Shown one piece after another: positions 27,296 through 39,297 of a stretch of 64,000 nucleotides of DNA. The notes beneath the pieces were generated by a model, which was not told the DNA's origin, did not search any database, and was given only the letters and a program-made list of their open reading frames with translations. The stretch lies in contig NC_087437.1 of the NCBI RefSeq assembly GCF_036321535.1, positions 3,968,001-4,032,000 of the forward strand, written 5' to 3'. The translations under genes and the position numbers were made by a program. The DNA comes from Camelus dromedarius (taxonomy: Eukaryota). The first letter of the stretch is position 1, and the number at the start of each line of letters is the position of its first letter.

Positions 27296-28721
27296 ATGCT
27301 TTGTGGTTTTTCAACTGCATTTAGTGCACCAGAGTAATTTAACTTCCCCCCAGTACAGTCTGGGTCAGCTGAGGGCTCATTACAGTGTGCTTCTCTTTTT
27401 AAGCACATGAAAAAAATTGTGTTGCCAGCTCAGATCCATCACACATAGTTTCAGGAAACTGTCTGCGTGCTTACTTTCTGCGAATTTGTCAAAAGGTCAG
27501 AAGGGCAGCTTTGAACTTGTGGCCCGTCCCAGTCTGGAATCTGTCGGAGTAACCTAATTATTGTTACATCTCCCATCTCGGCTCTGGCTGGCTGGTGGTG
27601 GCACTGTGAGTGTTCGTCATTAAAGAAGACTCCAGTGTTGTCAGTATTTTGTTGCTTGGCGGTGAAACCTCTGAAGTGGATGGGAACACGGGGCAGAGAT
27701 TTGCAGTCAGATGACTTGCTTATCATTTTAAAAACAAAGTACTGGCTGGTGTTATTTAAGAATTTCCTCCACTTCTTACAAATTGTGGTTGCCTGCAGAT
27801 TAAACACTTGCAAAGTAAGATATTTAAGATCAGGCAGAACAGTTTTTCAACTCACTGGGATGTGTTACACATTAAAGACTCCAGACATGAGAATTGTTAT
27901 GCTCTCCAGGAAACCACAGCCCAGTGGGAGAGACAGGCCGGTGGACAGATGACATCAGTGCAGTGTGATGGTGTGCCGTGTGACAGGGCCAGGGCCAGCA
28001 GGTGGGGGGACAGGGAGGACGGCCTGGGGGGTGGGGTGAGACCGGGGGGGGTGCCGGACCCCAGGAAGAAGGCAGTGTGAGCGGGTGGTTGAGTGGATTC
28101 TGAGTCGTGGCCGTTCGGCAGCTAAGGCAGAGGGGGTGGGATGCTTCAGCTGGGATTGCATCGCTTGCTTTTATTGTTTTATCGTTTGCTTATGATTTTA
28201 TTTTGCCATTGCAGTTAAAATACATGTTATCTGTTAACACACTCACTACACAGATTTGGGCCGCTTTTGTCCCGGACACACTGTAATGACCTTTAACTAA
28301 AAAATCATTGCCTGCCAGTGTTGTTTGAGGTCCTTTCAGCAGAGGGTGACCGTGTAGCCCGTACCTGTTGAGTCTGTGTGAAAGAGCAGAGCTCCCGACA
28401 GCCTGCGGTGCGTGGCGACTGCTGGCAGCGATGTGCATGTTGTGTGCACGAGATGCACCTTTCACTGCAAGCATTACTGTTTTCACCAGAGGCAGCACTG
28501 GCTGCCTGGGTGGGAGGCTGTGCAGGGGGGTCAGCTTTTGCCTTCTGACAGCGGGGTCCCTTCAGGAAGTGTCCTTCCTTCAGTCAGGCTTGGCTGTTGC
28601 CCGGCTCTTAATAATTAGGGTCTTGGCATCTTTTCACCACTTACTTGGCATTTGGACTTCCTGTCATCACTCTAGGGAACGTGGCCGGTATTGGAATGTA
28701 AATATACTTGTTTGCCTCAGA

Positions 28722-28890
28722 CAGGGGTCAGCGAGCTACAGGCTGCACTGTGGCCCGTAAACTAAGAATGGTTTTGCATTTTCAAAGGGTCATTAAAAAA
28801 ATAAAGAACTTGCAGTAGGGGTGCATGTGCCTTGCAAAGTCCGAAATATTTACTACCTGGCTCCTCAGAGAAACTGTCGGCTGACGCTTA
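28722..28890. mobile_element. MER58-like hAT-Charlie element
   Basis: caggggtcagc...ctaagaatggttttg...gaaatatttactacctggc. Confidence 0.6.
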
Positions 28891-29089
28891 GTGAGTCTAA
28901 AGTGGCACTGTGTGCAGAGGCGCGCCGTGCAGTGATAAAGGGGCTGGCCCCCAGAGCATAGGCAGGCAGAGGAGGTGCCAGAATGTTTATGGTGTTCTTT
29001 TCAGTGTAAGAAAGACAGGTGCACCCATACACTAGAACAGGGCTTACAAAGGCCTCAGTAGTAGTTTTATTTTTATTTTATTATCAGTA

Positions 29090-30890
29090 ATAAAAGGGAA
29101 TAAACTATTGATTCATGCAGTAACATTGATGACTCTTAAATCCTTTTTTCTAATGAAAGAAGTTAGATCTAAAAGGCTATATGTTGAAAGTTTCCAATTA
29201 TATGACATTCTGGAAAACATGAAGTTCTTGGGAGGAGAACAGATCCGGGGTTGCCGCAGGTTGGGGTAGGGGTCGGGTTGACCCCACAGGGGCCGCCCAG
29301 GATGCAGCTTGGGGTGTGAAATTGTTCTGTGTGGTCTATGGGGGAAGATACGTGAAATGCGTTTGTCCTAATGTAGAGAACTGTATGCCACAAAAAAGTG
29401 AATTTTACAGTATGTGAGATTAAAAAAACCAACCAGCCAGGATATGGGGGAGAGTGGGGTTAGAGGTCAGTTGTATGGATGACTCCGCCCCGGGGACGAG
29501 CTGGGGGAGTGAAGGCGCCCCCTGAATGATTCTGGAGAACAGTGGTCAGTTGGCTCCGGTGAGGCTAATGATAGAAGGAACTGAGCTTGCACGCTGTTTC
29601 TAGTTGGTGGTTTTTCACGGGACTGTGGTCTGATGGTTCCAGAACTGCTTGGTTTGTCTACTGGGGTTGAACTGAGAAGTAAGTGTGTTGCAGGTCATGA
29701 GAGCCAGGTTCCTCACTGCGGAGGAAGCAGATTACAGTCAGGGCAAGGGGGCTGGCTGCGGTGGACCCCGTGCCGGATAGATGTCGATGTGGACTCAGTG
29801 TCAGCGTGACTCACTTGTGTGTGTATATGCACAAAGACACAGAAACAGGCTGTCTGCGGGCACGAGGGTGGTGTACCTAACATCCTTCTGGTCATCGAGA
29901 TGGACCAGACACAGGCACTCCACTAGCAGTGAGCACTTTGCTCAGAGACCTGGGTCTAAATGCCATCTCCAGTGAAAGGAACCGGGGCTCCTCAGAGACC
30001 TGGCTGATTCCAGAGCAGGGGCAGGAACAATGCAAGATGAGTCTGGGGCATCTCGTGATGCCCGAAAGTTGGGAAGTGGTCCACAAAAGCACACTGAGAG
30101 GGCGTTAGAGCCAACCTGGTCGCTTCCCATGGCCACAATGGTGCAGCCAGAGCAACAGAATAAGCACTGGGTCCCGACTGTGAGTCCACGCTGATACAGA
30201 CAGGCTGATGGAGAAGGACAGCTGCTCCTTACAGGAGAGCTGGATGAGTGCAGGACCCAGCGAAGCCAGGACCCAGAGAGGCTGACAGTCATCAGTAGCG
30301 CACCACGGGCCTGCCTGTCCACGGAGCCTGAAGCCAGCCGGCAGAGGTGTACACGGAAACAGGTTTCTGCATAGTCTGAAACAGAGTAGTATAAATGGAG
30401 AAGTGCCCAGTGTACAGGGGAGAGTCCTGGCAGACACCACCCGGGTCGCTCCCTTGACCCCAGTGGCACCAGCAGCACTGTCCCCTCATCTGGGCGCTGG
30501 GACAGTCACGTCCCCCTGGTGGTCTCCTGCCCAGGAAGGCCCAGACTGAGAGCGCAGGAGGCAAACCCAGAAGGGGCACGTTTACGAGATGACTAACAAC
30601 TAGTCTCCAGCAAGATGGCGTGGGCACAGGCGGAGGGCACGAAGGAGACAGGGCAGCCACATTCCGGCGGTGTCTCGGTGGAGCCAGAGCAGCCGAGATC
30701 AGAGTGGGAGAACTGGTGACGTCTGACCATGTCCTGCACCTTCCTGCTGTGGGGCCGGGCATCCTCGTTAGCTTTGAGGGATGTTATGTTATGTACTGTG
30801 TTCACGTGCAGTGTTAGCATGAGGGGAGGGCGACACAGAAGTCTGTACTATTTTTGCAACTCCCTGTAAGTCTAAAATAATTTTTTTAAA
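29090..30890 (+). mobile_element. Ancient L1MC-like 3' end, GC-shifted
   Basis: tatatgacattctggaaaa, ccagagcaggggcagg...caagatgagtctgg and terminal ttgcaactccctgtaagtctaaaat. Confidence 0.6.
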
Positions 30891-30942
30891 ATGCTGAGCT
30901 GTCACTGTCTTGATGGGCCACTTGACCGTGGTTAGAACATGA

Positions 30943-31356
<414 letters not shown>

Positions 31357-32493
31357 TAGCCACTTGCACTTTAATTTTTTTCATTAAAAACAGATTTGAA
31401 AGAGTGAAATCAGTATCCCAGCACATAAAACAGTTACCTCTTTAACTTTGTTCTTAAATGAGCCTCTGTCTCATTACCATGGTGACCAGATCTGCCGGCA
31501 TCCTCTTGTACCAGGGAGGCGGCGGGCCCGGTTGACAAAGGAGAGCATTTGAACTTGGGCACAGTCACCCCAGGCCAGCTGCACAGCTCCTCTGAGTCCC
31601 TGTTTCCTCATCTTCACATGGGGCTGATCCTCTCAGGGGCTGCGTGCGAGGCTCCTTCACAGGGCAGAGGCGGCCATCACCGGAGGAGAGCGCAGCCGAG
31701 GTTTCTGGCTGGATACCCCTCCCTGCCCGCTTCCGTCAGGTGCTGAAGATGCACTCTGTGACCTTGCTGCTTCCTCTGTTTCAGTTTCACCTTCTTTCCC
31801 TGCTAGGGCTCTGAACCTGCCCGTTTGGAAGGTCCTATAGTTTATTTACTCCCAGTTGGTATTCTTTTTCAGAACTATAATCCGCGGTGCTTGAGTATTG
31901 GTTTCTAGATCCCCTAACTTGCATTTGTGACATTGTTAAGTATCTCTCCTTGCCTTTATTAGTTTTTATATAGTTTATACAAAATGCTAATTTTTTGCCT
32001 TCTGTGTGACTGACCTGCGCTGGCAGGTCTAGAAGGGTAGATATTACACACGTAGCAAGTTAGCATGTGGCCCCGGTAGCTCTGGAGGGAGCCAGGACTA
32101 CCTGCGGCTGTTTGAGCCCCTGACCCGGAGCAGGGCAGCCAGCCCTCATCTTTCCCTGGAGCTGGAGGCCAGTCTAGGAACACGCTCTGTGCCGTCACAA
32201 CCAGCTGCTCGGTGTTGGGGTGGGAGACCTCTCGGTGGGGGGGGTTGTCATGGGCCGACATGCAGATTCACCCCAGTTTCTGCTGTGATTGGACACCCAC
32301 TCCTGTCTGCAGACTGTTTTGGAGGAAAGGGCGCATGGAAATGACTGAAGTGTGATGGTAGCTGCACTGTGGGAGGGGCTGGTCACTGAGCGCCTGGAAC
32401 CACCTCCGGTTCTTCAAGGCATCTGAACATGCTGACTTATGATAATTTATGTCTTCTCTCGACCTGTTTCTTTCTTTTTTTTTTTTTTTTTTT

Positions 32494-33056
32494 TGTAGGG
32501 AACTATATTTGCTTAATGTTTGTTACAGAAATCTTGAATTAATCAGCATTTTAGTACCATTTAAGCCACTCAGCAGGCCTGAGACGGCTATTCTTTAAGC
32601 TTGGAAGGTTAACCCTAGGCTGGGGCTTGGGACCTTAGATTTTGGGAGATTTCTCACCATCCCCAGAAATGAAGAGTGGCTCAGTGTGCCCAAGTGTTTT
32701 GTGTAACCATGCGGCTTACACTGAACATCTGCTATCCTTCTGGAGGTCCAGAATTTGGTTTATGTGCTAGAAAGTGTGTCCCTAAGAAACCCTGGGCACC
32801 GGGTCCCTAATTAGCTTCCCTAGCAGACATTTCCATCTCCTGTCACAACACCTTGATGGAGCTTAAATTAAGCACGTCCTGTGTGACCTCCCTGCGACAG
32901 GATTATTGCAGATTGTCCCTGGTTTCCTCTGGACTTCAGTCCTTGTGCCTTTTCCCTTGACTGAGTTTGCTTTGCTTCTTTTTGATGTAATAAATCATAG
33001 CCCTTGAGTGTAACAATGCTGAATACTGTGAGGCTTTCTAGCAAATCATCGACCTG
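32494..33056 (+). mobile_element. MER21-like LTR, 3' end apparently missing
   Basis: Starts with TG (tgtagggaac). Contains aattaagcacgtcctgtgtgac, cctggtttcctctggacttc and gtaataaatcatagcc, resembling the recalled MER21 consensus. Confidence 0.65.
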
Positions 33057-33293
33057 TTTTTTTTGGTGGGTGCCTTTGTCAGTTAATAAGTGTCAGTAAT
33101 GAATGAATTATTCATCTTCAATTTACATTCATTAGACAGTTTTGTAATAGCATTGTGATAGCACTTTGTATCTTTGGTATAAGCTGCTGTTTGAAACTGG
33201 GGGGGATGGCTTCCTGAGAATAAAGCCTTTTCTAAGTGACTCAGCCGGGTTATGTGCATTCAGAGCTCACAAGCTACCATTCAGTAAGCGTAG

Positions 33294-33557
<264 letters not shown>

Positions 33558-34079
33558 TAGAGTTCTATTTTACACTAGAGTTAAGAGCTTGATTTTGTTC
33601 AATTCTGATCACAGAAGTTCCCACCACTGATGTTCCATTGTCACTTCTTATTTTTTATGTTTACAAAAAATCTCATGGGTCACCACCACCATCCATCCCT
33701 GTCTGCCATCATTTCCCTTCCGTTTGTTTCTTCTCCTCTGTCCCCTCCTCCTGTTAAAGTTTCTGGCACCTCCCAGAAGTCTAAGAAGGCTCGACGCATC
33801 CTTCTCAGCTGCTGTGTCTGTGGCTCTGTTTCTGTTGTGTTTCCTTCTCTCATTGCGCGTTTACATTTTCTTACATAAACCCTCAGACAAGTCTTTGAAA
33901 CTCACTTTCCTCCACTGTGCAGTGTGGTAAAAAGTGCTTACATAGCAGAGTTGTAAGAACTTGGAGATGTGACGTGTGGTGCACAGCCTGGCGCGGCTAG
34001 GGCTCGACACACAGCAGCTCTCGCTGTTCCTACGTCTCCTCACTGGTCCTCCTGCCTCCGGGCTCCTTCCGGTCCCTTC

Positions 34080-35800
34080 TCACCCACATGGTCCATCTCG
34101 CTCGCGTGCTGCTGCTGTTGAGGTCACCGAGTGCCGCAGGCTCGACGACCGTCACCCAGCCTGACTTGACTTGACACTTGGTCAGTTGATCACTTCCTCT
34201 CTCTGAAGGGCTTTCCTTGCCTGATTTCAAGGACATCACTGTCTTGGTTCTCCTGATCATTGACTTGCTGGTTCTGCCTCCTCTCCTGACTTTTAAGCTG
34301 TGGCCTGAACCCCTCCTCCTTCTGCACTGGCTCCCATGTGATCACATCCAGTCCCATGCTTTGAATACTGATTTGTCCAGATTTTTTTATCTGTCTATTT
34401 AGTCTTCCCTAAGGTGTCTGGCAGCCAGCTTAACCTTGACCTGTCCATGCCTGACACCCGGCTTCCTGTCTTTCCCGCCAGGCCCCCATATCCCCTCCTC
34501 CCCACCGAGAAGAGTCTGCTCTCCTTGCGTCTCAGTGCCAGCTGCTGTGCTTGAGGCTCAGGAAGGAGCCTGGTGCGTCTGTGATCCTTCTCTCATCCCA
34601 CTTGGGGTCCATCCACTAGTACATGCTCCGTCTCCACTGTGTCCAGAACCTGACCACTTTGTACTGTCTCCATCCCTGCCTCCCTAGTCCAGGGTGCCTT
34701 GGTCTCTTGTCTCTGTTCACGGCGTCCTTGGAACGCCCTGCTCTTACTCTTAAGACTGTTCTTTCCTCTGCTCAGTACCTTCCAGCAGGGGCTCTTGGTC
34801 CAGGTAACAGCCAGATGCCTCCCTCTGGCCCAGAGGCTCTCTGTTCCTCTGGGTCAGTCAGGGCTCCAACAGGAAACAGACCCCAGGTAGGATAATTTGA
34901 GGAGGATTTACGGTCAGGCACTATTTACAAAGGTGTGGTGTGTGGCGACATAAAACACAGTGCAGGGAAGTAGGGCTGGTGCCAGCAAATGGCAGAGGCA
35001 GGGGGGGCCTGGTCACTGGGGTTTGAGGGGAGGCCACTCCAGAGGGGCAGGGCTGGAGGTGAGGTGACTGACCTGACCGTGGTCTCCCCCTGGGCTTCCC
35101 GTGGCCCGTGTCAGTTCCTCTGACTGCTGCAATCACCGCAAACCTGGGACCCGGAGACAACACCCATTCATTCCCTAGCTCTTCTGGAGGCCACACGTTG
35201 GAAGTGAGTTCCCTAGGCCGGAATCAAGGCGGCAGCCAGGCCGCCTCCCCCGCAGGCTCCAGGGAGCTGTGCCTTTTCCTGCTCCGAGGGCGGCCGGCCT
35301 TGGCTCCTGGCCCTCCATCTTCAGAGCCTGCACTGTAGTATCTGGGTTCACTGCGGGCCGGCTTGCCTTTCTTCCAGGACAGCTGGGGTGGCACTAGGGG
35401 CTCACTAAGTGCCACTCTAGGAGACGCTGCAGCTCAGGTAAGGACGGTCACACTCAGGCTCCAGAGAGTAGGGCCTGGGTCCCTTTGGGGCCATCGTGCA
35501 GCGCCCACAGGCCCACCCCTGTGGAAGGAGAGGGCCCAGGGGCCTGTGAGCCATCCACGCGGTCAGCCTGAGGGCGGTGGCCACGACTCCATCTGCCTAG
35601 CCGCGAGCTTCCTGGCTGCCTTCACCTGAGCACCTTCCTGCTTCAGGGCCTTTCTTTTTTGGGGGTGGGGGGTATTGTCCCCACTAGGATGCAAGTTCCA
35701 TGAAACAGTGAATCTTTTTTGCGTTATTTGCCTTTTCCTCAGTGCGTAGGACAGTGACTGAGTTGTAGCAAATGCTGATTGTGGTTTCAGTAAATATTAG
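34080..35800. mobile_element. L2 remnant interrupted by MLT1 (ERVL-MaLR) LTR fragments at about 34850-35480
   Basis: Pyrimidine-rich L2-like sequence ending in ccccactaggatgcaagttccatga; MaLR motifs ttctggaggcc, aatcaagg and ccctccatcttca. Confidence 0.5.
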
Positions 35801-36140
35801 TGAGGGATTAGCACTCCCTGCTCAGACATACTGAGGGAGGACGTCTGCCCCAGGCCCGCAGGTTCCATTCCCTTTGCTCGCCTCCCCACCTCCTTCCCGT
35901 CCCTCGTGAGCGCCCGTCAGACCACAGCACCCGGAGAGCCTTCCTCCCTCAGGCGTGACCGTGTGCCCCGATCTGTCCGTGTCACCTGCGACGGTCCGGG
36001 GACACCACCTCCATCCACGTCACGGCTGGGACTCCTACCCCCTGGGTGTGACCTTTTCCTTACTTAGGTGCAGGTGGAACTTCTTTCTTCTTGTGCTCAT
36101 CGTCATATACTCATTGTTTTCTTTTCTTCTAGACTGTAGG

Positions 36141-36425
36141 GGTTTTTTTATATTTAAATTTTTTTTTAATTTAAAATTGAACTATAGTTGATTTACAGTG
36201 TTTCAGGTGTACAGCAAAGTTGTTCAGTTATATCTATTTTGTTAGACTGTAGGTATCTTTTTCTTTTTAAATTTTATTTTTTTAAATTGAAATACAGTAA
36301 AGTCTACAATGTAGTGTCAATTTCTGGCGTACAGCATAATGTTTCAGTCATACATACACATACACATATTTGTTTTCATATTCTTTTTCATCATAGGTGA
36401 CTACAAGATACTGAATATAGTTCCC
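36141..36425 (-). mobile_element. Two tandem short L1 3' fragments inside an L2 3' end
   Basis: Two T-tailed L1 termini separated and flanked by three GACTGTAGG copies. Confidence 0.75.
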
Positions 36426-36717
36426 GACTGTAGGTTTCTTGAGGGCAGAATCTGTTTATGCTTTGCTTTTCACCCTACAGTTCTCTCCACTTGGTTGGAC
36501 ACTAGTAAATACTTCCTAGTAGGCTGTTAAAAATGTTTCTTTTTTGCACTCCAGTCCGGTGACAGGGTCACGGTGTTATTTAGTGCTAGTGAGCATTTCT
36601 TGCGGGATGGGAGGATGGGGACGTGGGTCCTGGCTGACTAGCAGGACCTACCCAGACGTGGTGTCTGGGACGGCAGCCCTCCTGTCTGAGTAACGCTCTG
36701 GCCTCTGTCTCCCTCAG

Positions 36718-36818
36718 CTGTTCAGGGCAACAACGAGGTCTCCATGTGGGACATGGAAACGGGCGACCGGAGGGTCACGCTCTGGGCCAGCAGCGCACCG
36801 CCGCTCTCTGAGCCACAG
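36718..36818 (+). CDS. PIK3R4: PIK3R4 coding exon (WD40)
   Basis: cctcag|...CAG|gtttgt, 101 nt. Encodes (A)[33 protein letters not shown]. Confidence 0.95.
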
Positions 36819-37253
36819 GTTTGTCCGGTTTTCCTTGTAAAGGCCAGCAGCATCTCCCACACCCCACACATGACAGTTGTTGGGCTTTGTACTAAGTGGG
36901 AGGTGGCCACTGCCGCCTGTGCTTGCCAGCTCGTGTCCCTCTGGAACCCCAGTAAAATCCAGGTTAATCAGGAAAAGCACAGATTAAAAAAAAAGAACAT
37001 CACCGTCTTAAACACACTTTCCTTTTTAAAGGTGCTTTGTTGGGGCAAAGGTAGGAAAGATTTTTTTCTCCTCTGGTTGGGGTCCTTCTTATTCCAAACA
37101 GAAAATTTTAGGAAGCTGGACAGGCTTTGCTTCTTTATTCAGAATGATACGAAGCAAATGCATCTTCTACTCCCTAAGGAAGATGTCCCTAAGACGTACA
37201 TAACCTATCTCTCGTGTCTTCAGTTACCTCTGACAGTTGACTTTTGTCTCTAG

Positions 37254-37421
<168 letters not shown>

Positions 37422-37695
37422 TGACGAGTGCTTCACACGTCCCGCTGCAAGGGAGAGGGTCGTCACTGGACGGTAGCATGGGTGACACTGAGGGTCATTC
37501 ATTGTAGGGATTGGCAACGTTATAATGTTTGAAGTCATCTGCATTGGGCAGGGACAGCCGTTAATACTTTGCAATGAATTTTATGCTATTGTAGAAAAAT
37601 CTCTCTTCCTAATGCAAAAGATGAATGTCAGCCAGTAATCACTGGTCCTGCCCCTCCTCCTTTCAAGGGTCTCACCACTTCCTCCTCTTCCCTAG

Positions 37696-37804
37696 GTTTT
37701 GGGACTTGGCGTACCCCGAGAGGTCCTATGTTGTCGTTGGAAGCACAAATGCCCTGTCTGTGTCCTACAGCAAGAAGATAATCGAAGGCACGGAGGTTGT
37801 CCAG
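37696..37804 (+). CDS. PIK3R4: PIK3R4 penultimate coding exon
   Basis: cctag|...CAG|gtacac, 109 nt. Encodes [36 protein letters not shown]. Confidence 0.95.
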
Positions 37805-38502
37805 GTACACACAGATCATGTGTTTCAACTTTTGTAGGAACAAAAATGGCTTTCAGAGATAGTGAGTTGATTCAAATAAAATGACTTTGGCCAAGAGTGG
37901 CACTGTGAGTTTAAGAAATACAGTTTATAGTTTATTTTCTCTTGGCCTTTCATATTTTTTAAGTTAACTATTATTAAAGTATAATTAGCATATAGAAAGT
38001 ACCCATATAAGGACACAGGTCAAAGCAAGCTTTTCAAATGCTTGGCAAGTCCTTAAAACAACTTTATAAGGAGGTGCCTTTATTATTTTTCTTCTACAAA
38101 TGAGAGCGCTGAGTCACTTAGACGTCTGATACCAACCAGCTCCTAAGCCTGGAGTCAGGAAGCAGCTGCAGGGGAGGTCCCGAACGCACCTGAAGGTGCG
38201 GGGCCCAGGTCCTTCGTCAGGTGGCTCTGTTTTCATCGCTGTCCTGGCCGTCTCTGCCTCTCCGTGCCTCCCCTTTGTTCTGTTGCTGTTGCTGGAAGGT
38301 AACCTGCACAGATTACTGGCTTGTTCATAAGTGGCTACTTGTGGAGTCTGGTGGCTGGAAACCTGGAATGTTCCGGCGGACTCACGAGTGCCAGGCTCAG
38401 TGTCTGTGAGCACGGCCCCGTTCCCAGGGGCGGTTAGCGTGAGCAGCACGGCCCCGAGAGGCGGGGCGGGCCCCAGACTCTAACTCCGGGCTTTCTCCTT
38501 GA

Positions 38503-38691
<189 letters not shown>

Positions 38692-38979
38692 AAACTGGTG
38701 ACCTGTATGTATAATTTGTAAAAATGTGTAAATAGACTGTAATGCAAGAAAAAAGTATTTTTAGAGAACAGAGTGAGAGTAGCCTCATTTGCTTTATTTT
38801 CAGACTCATGTCTCTGTGTCCCTGTTTCATGATGAAACAGACTCCACACCAGAGGGCTGAGGGCGGGGCACGTGCCAGCAGACGTGTACCTCAGCGAGAC
38901 TCAGCCAGACAGCCGTACCTGGCGTGTTCTTACGGTAGATATCAGAGCTGAGGGGTTAAAAATGCTATTCAAAGCAGCC

Positions 38980-38985
38980 AATAAA
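38980..38985 (+). terminator. PIK3R4: PIK3R4 polyadenylation signal AATAAA
   Basis: AATAAA about 290 nt after the stop, followed by a GT/T-rich downstream element (tttgtttttggtgttttt, 39002-39019). Confidence 0.8.
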
Positions 38986-39165
38986 CTGTTCCAGCACCTG
39001 ATTTGTTTTTGGTGTTTTTAACGGTGAACTTGAGCAGAACAAACTCCCCGGCAGCTGCATTTGTGTGAAGAAATGGACTTGGAGTCATAGGTACTCAGGA
39101 CTAGGCCTCAGGTCCAGCTCTGTGGACTCAGTAAGTATGAGGACTCCTGCTCCACCCAGGTAGGT

Positions 39166-39168
<3 letters not shown>

Positions 39169-39201
<33 letters not shown>

Positions 39202-39297
39202 TGTGTGTGTGTCTGTGTGTGTGTCTGTGTGTGTGTCTGTGTCTGTGTGTCTGTGTGTGTGTCTGTGTGTGTGTCTGTGTGTGTCTGTGTCTCTCTC
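39169..39297. repeat. Compound (TG)n / (TGTGTGTGTC)n microsatellite
   Basis: Directly visible; it generates the spurious CVCVCV and THTH ORFs. Confidence 0.95.

Noticed and set aside
29942..30820. Overlapping 111-178-aa minus-strand ORFs
   Set aside because: They lie in a GC-shifted ancient L1 3' region where stop codons are depleted by composition.
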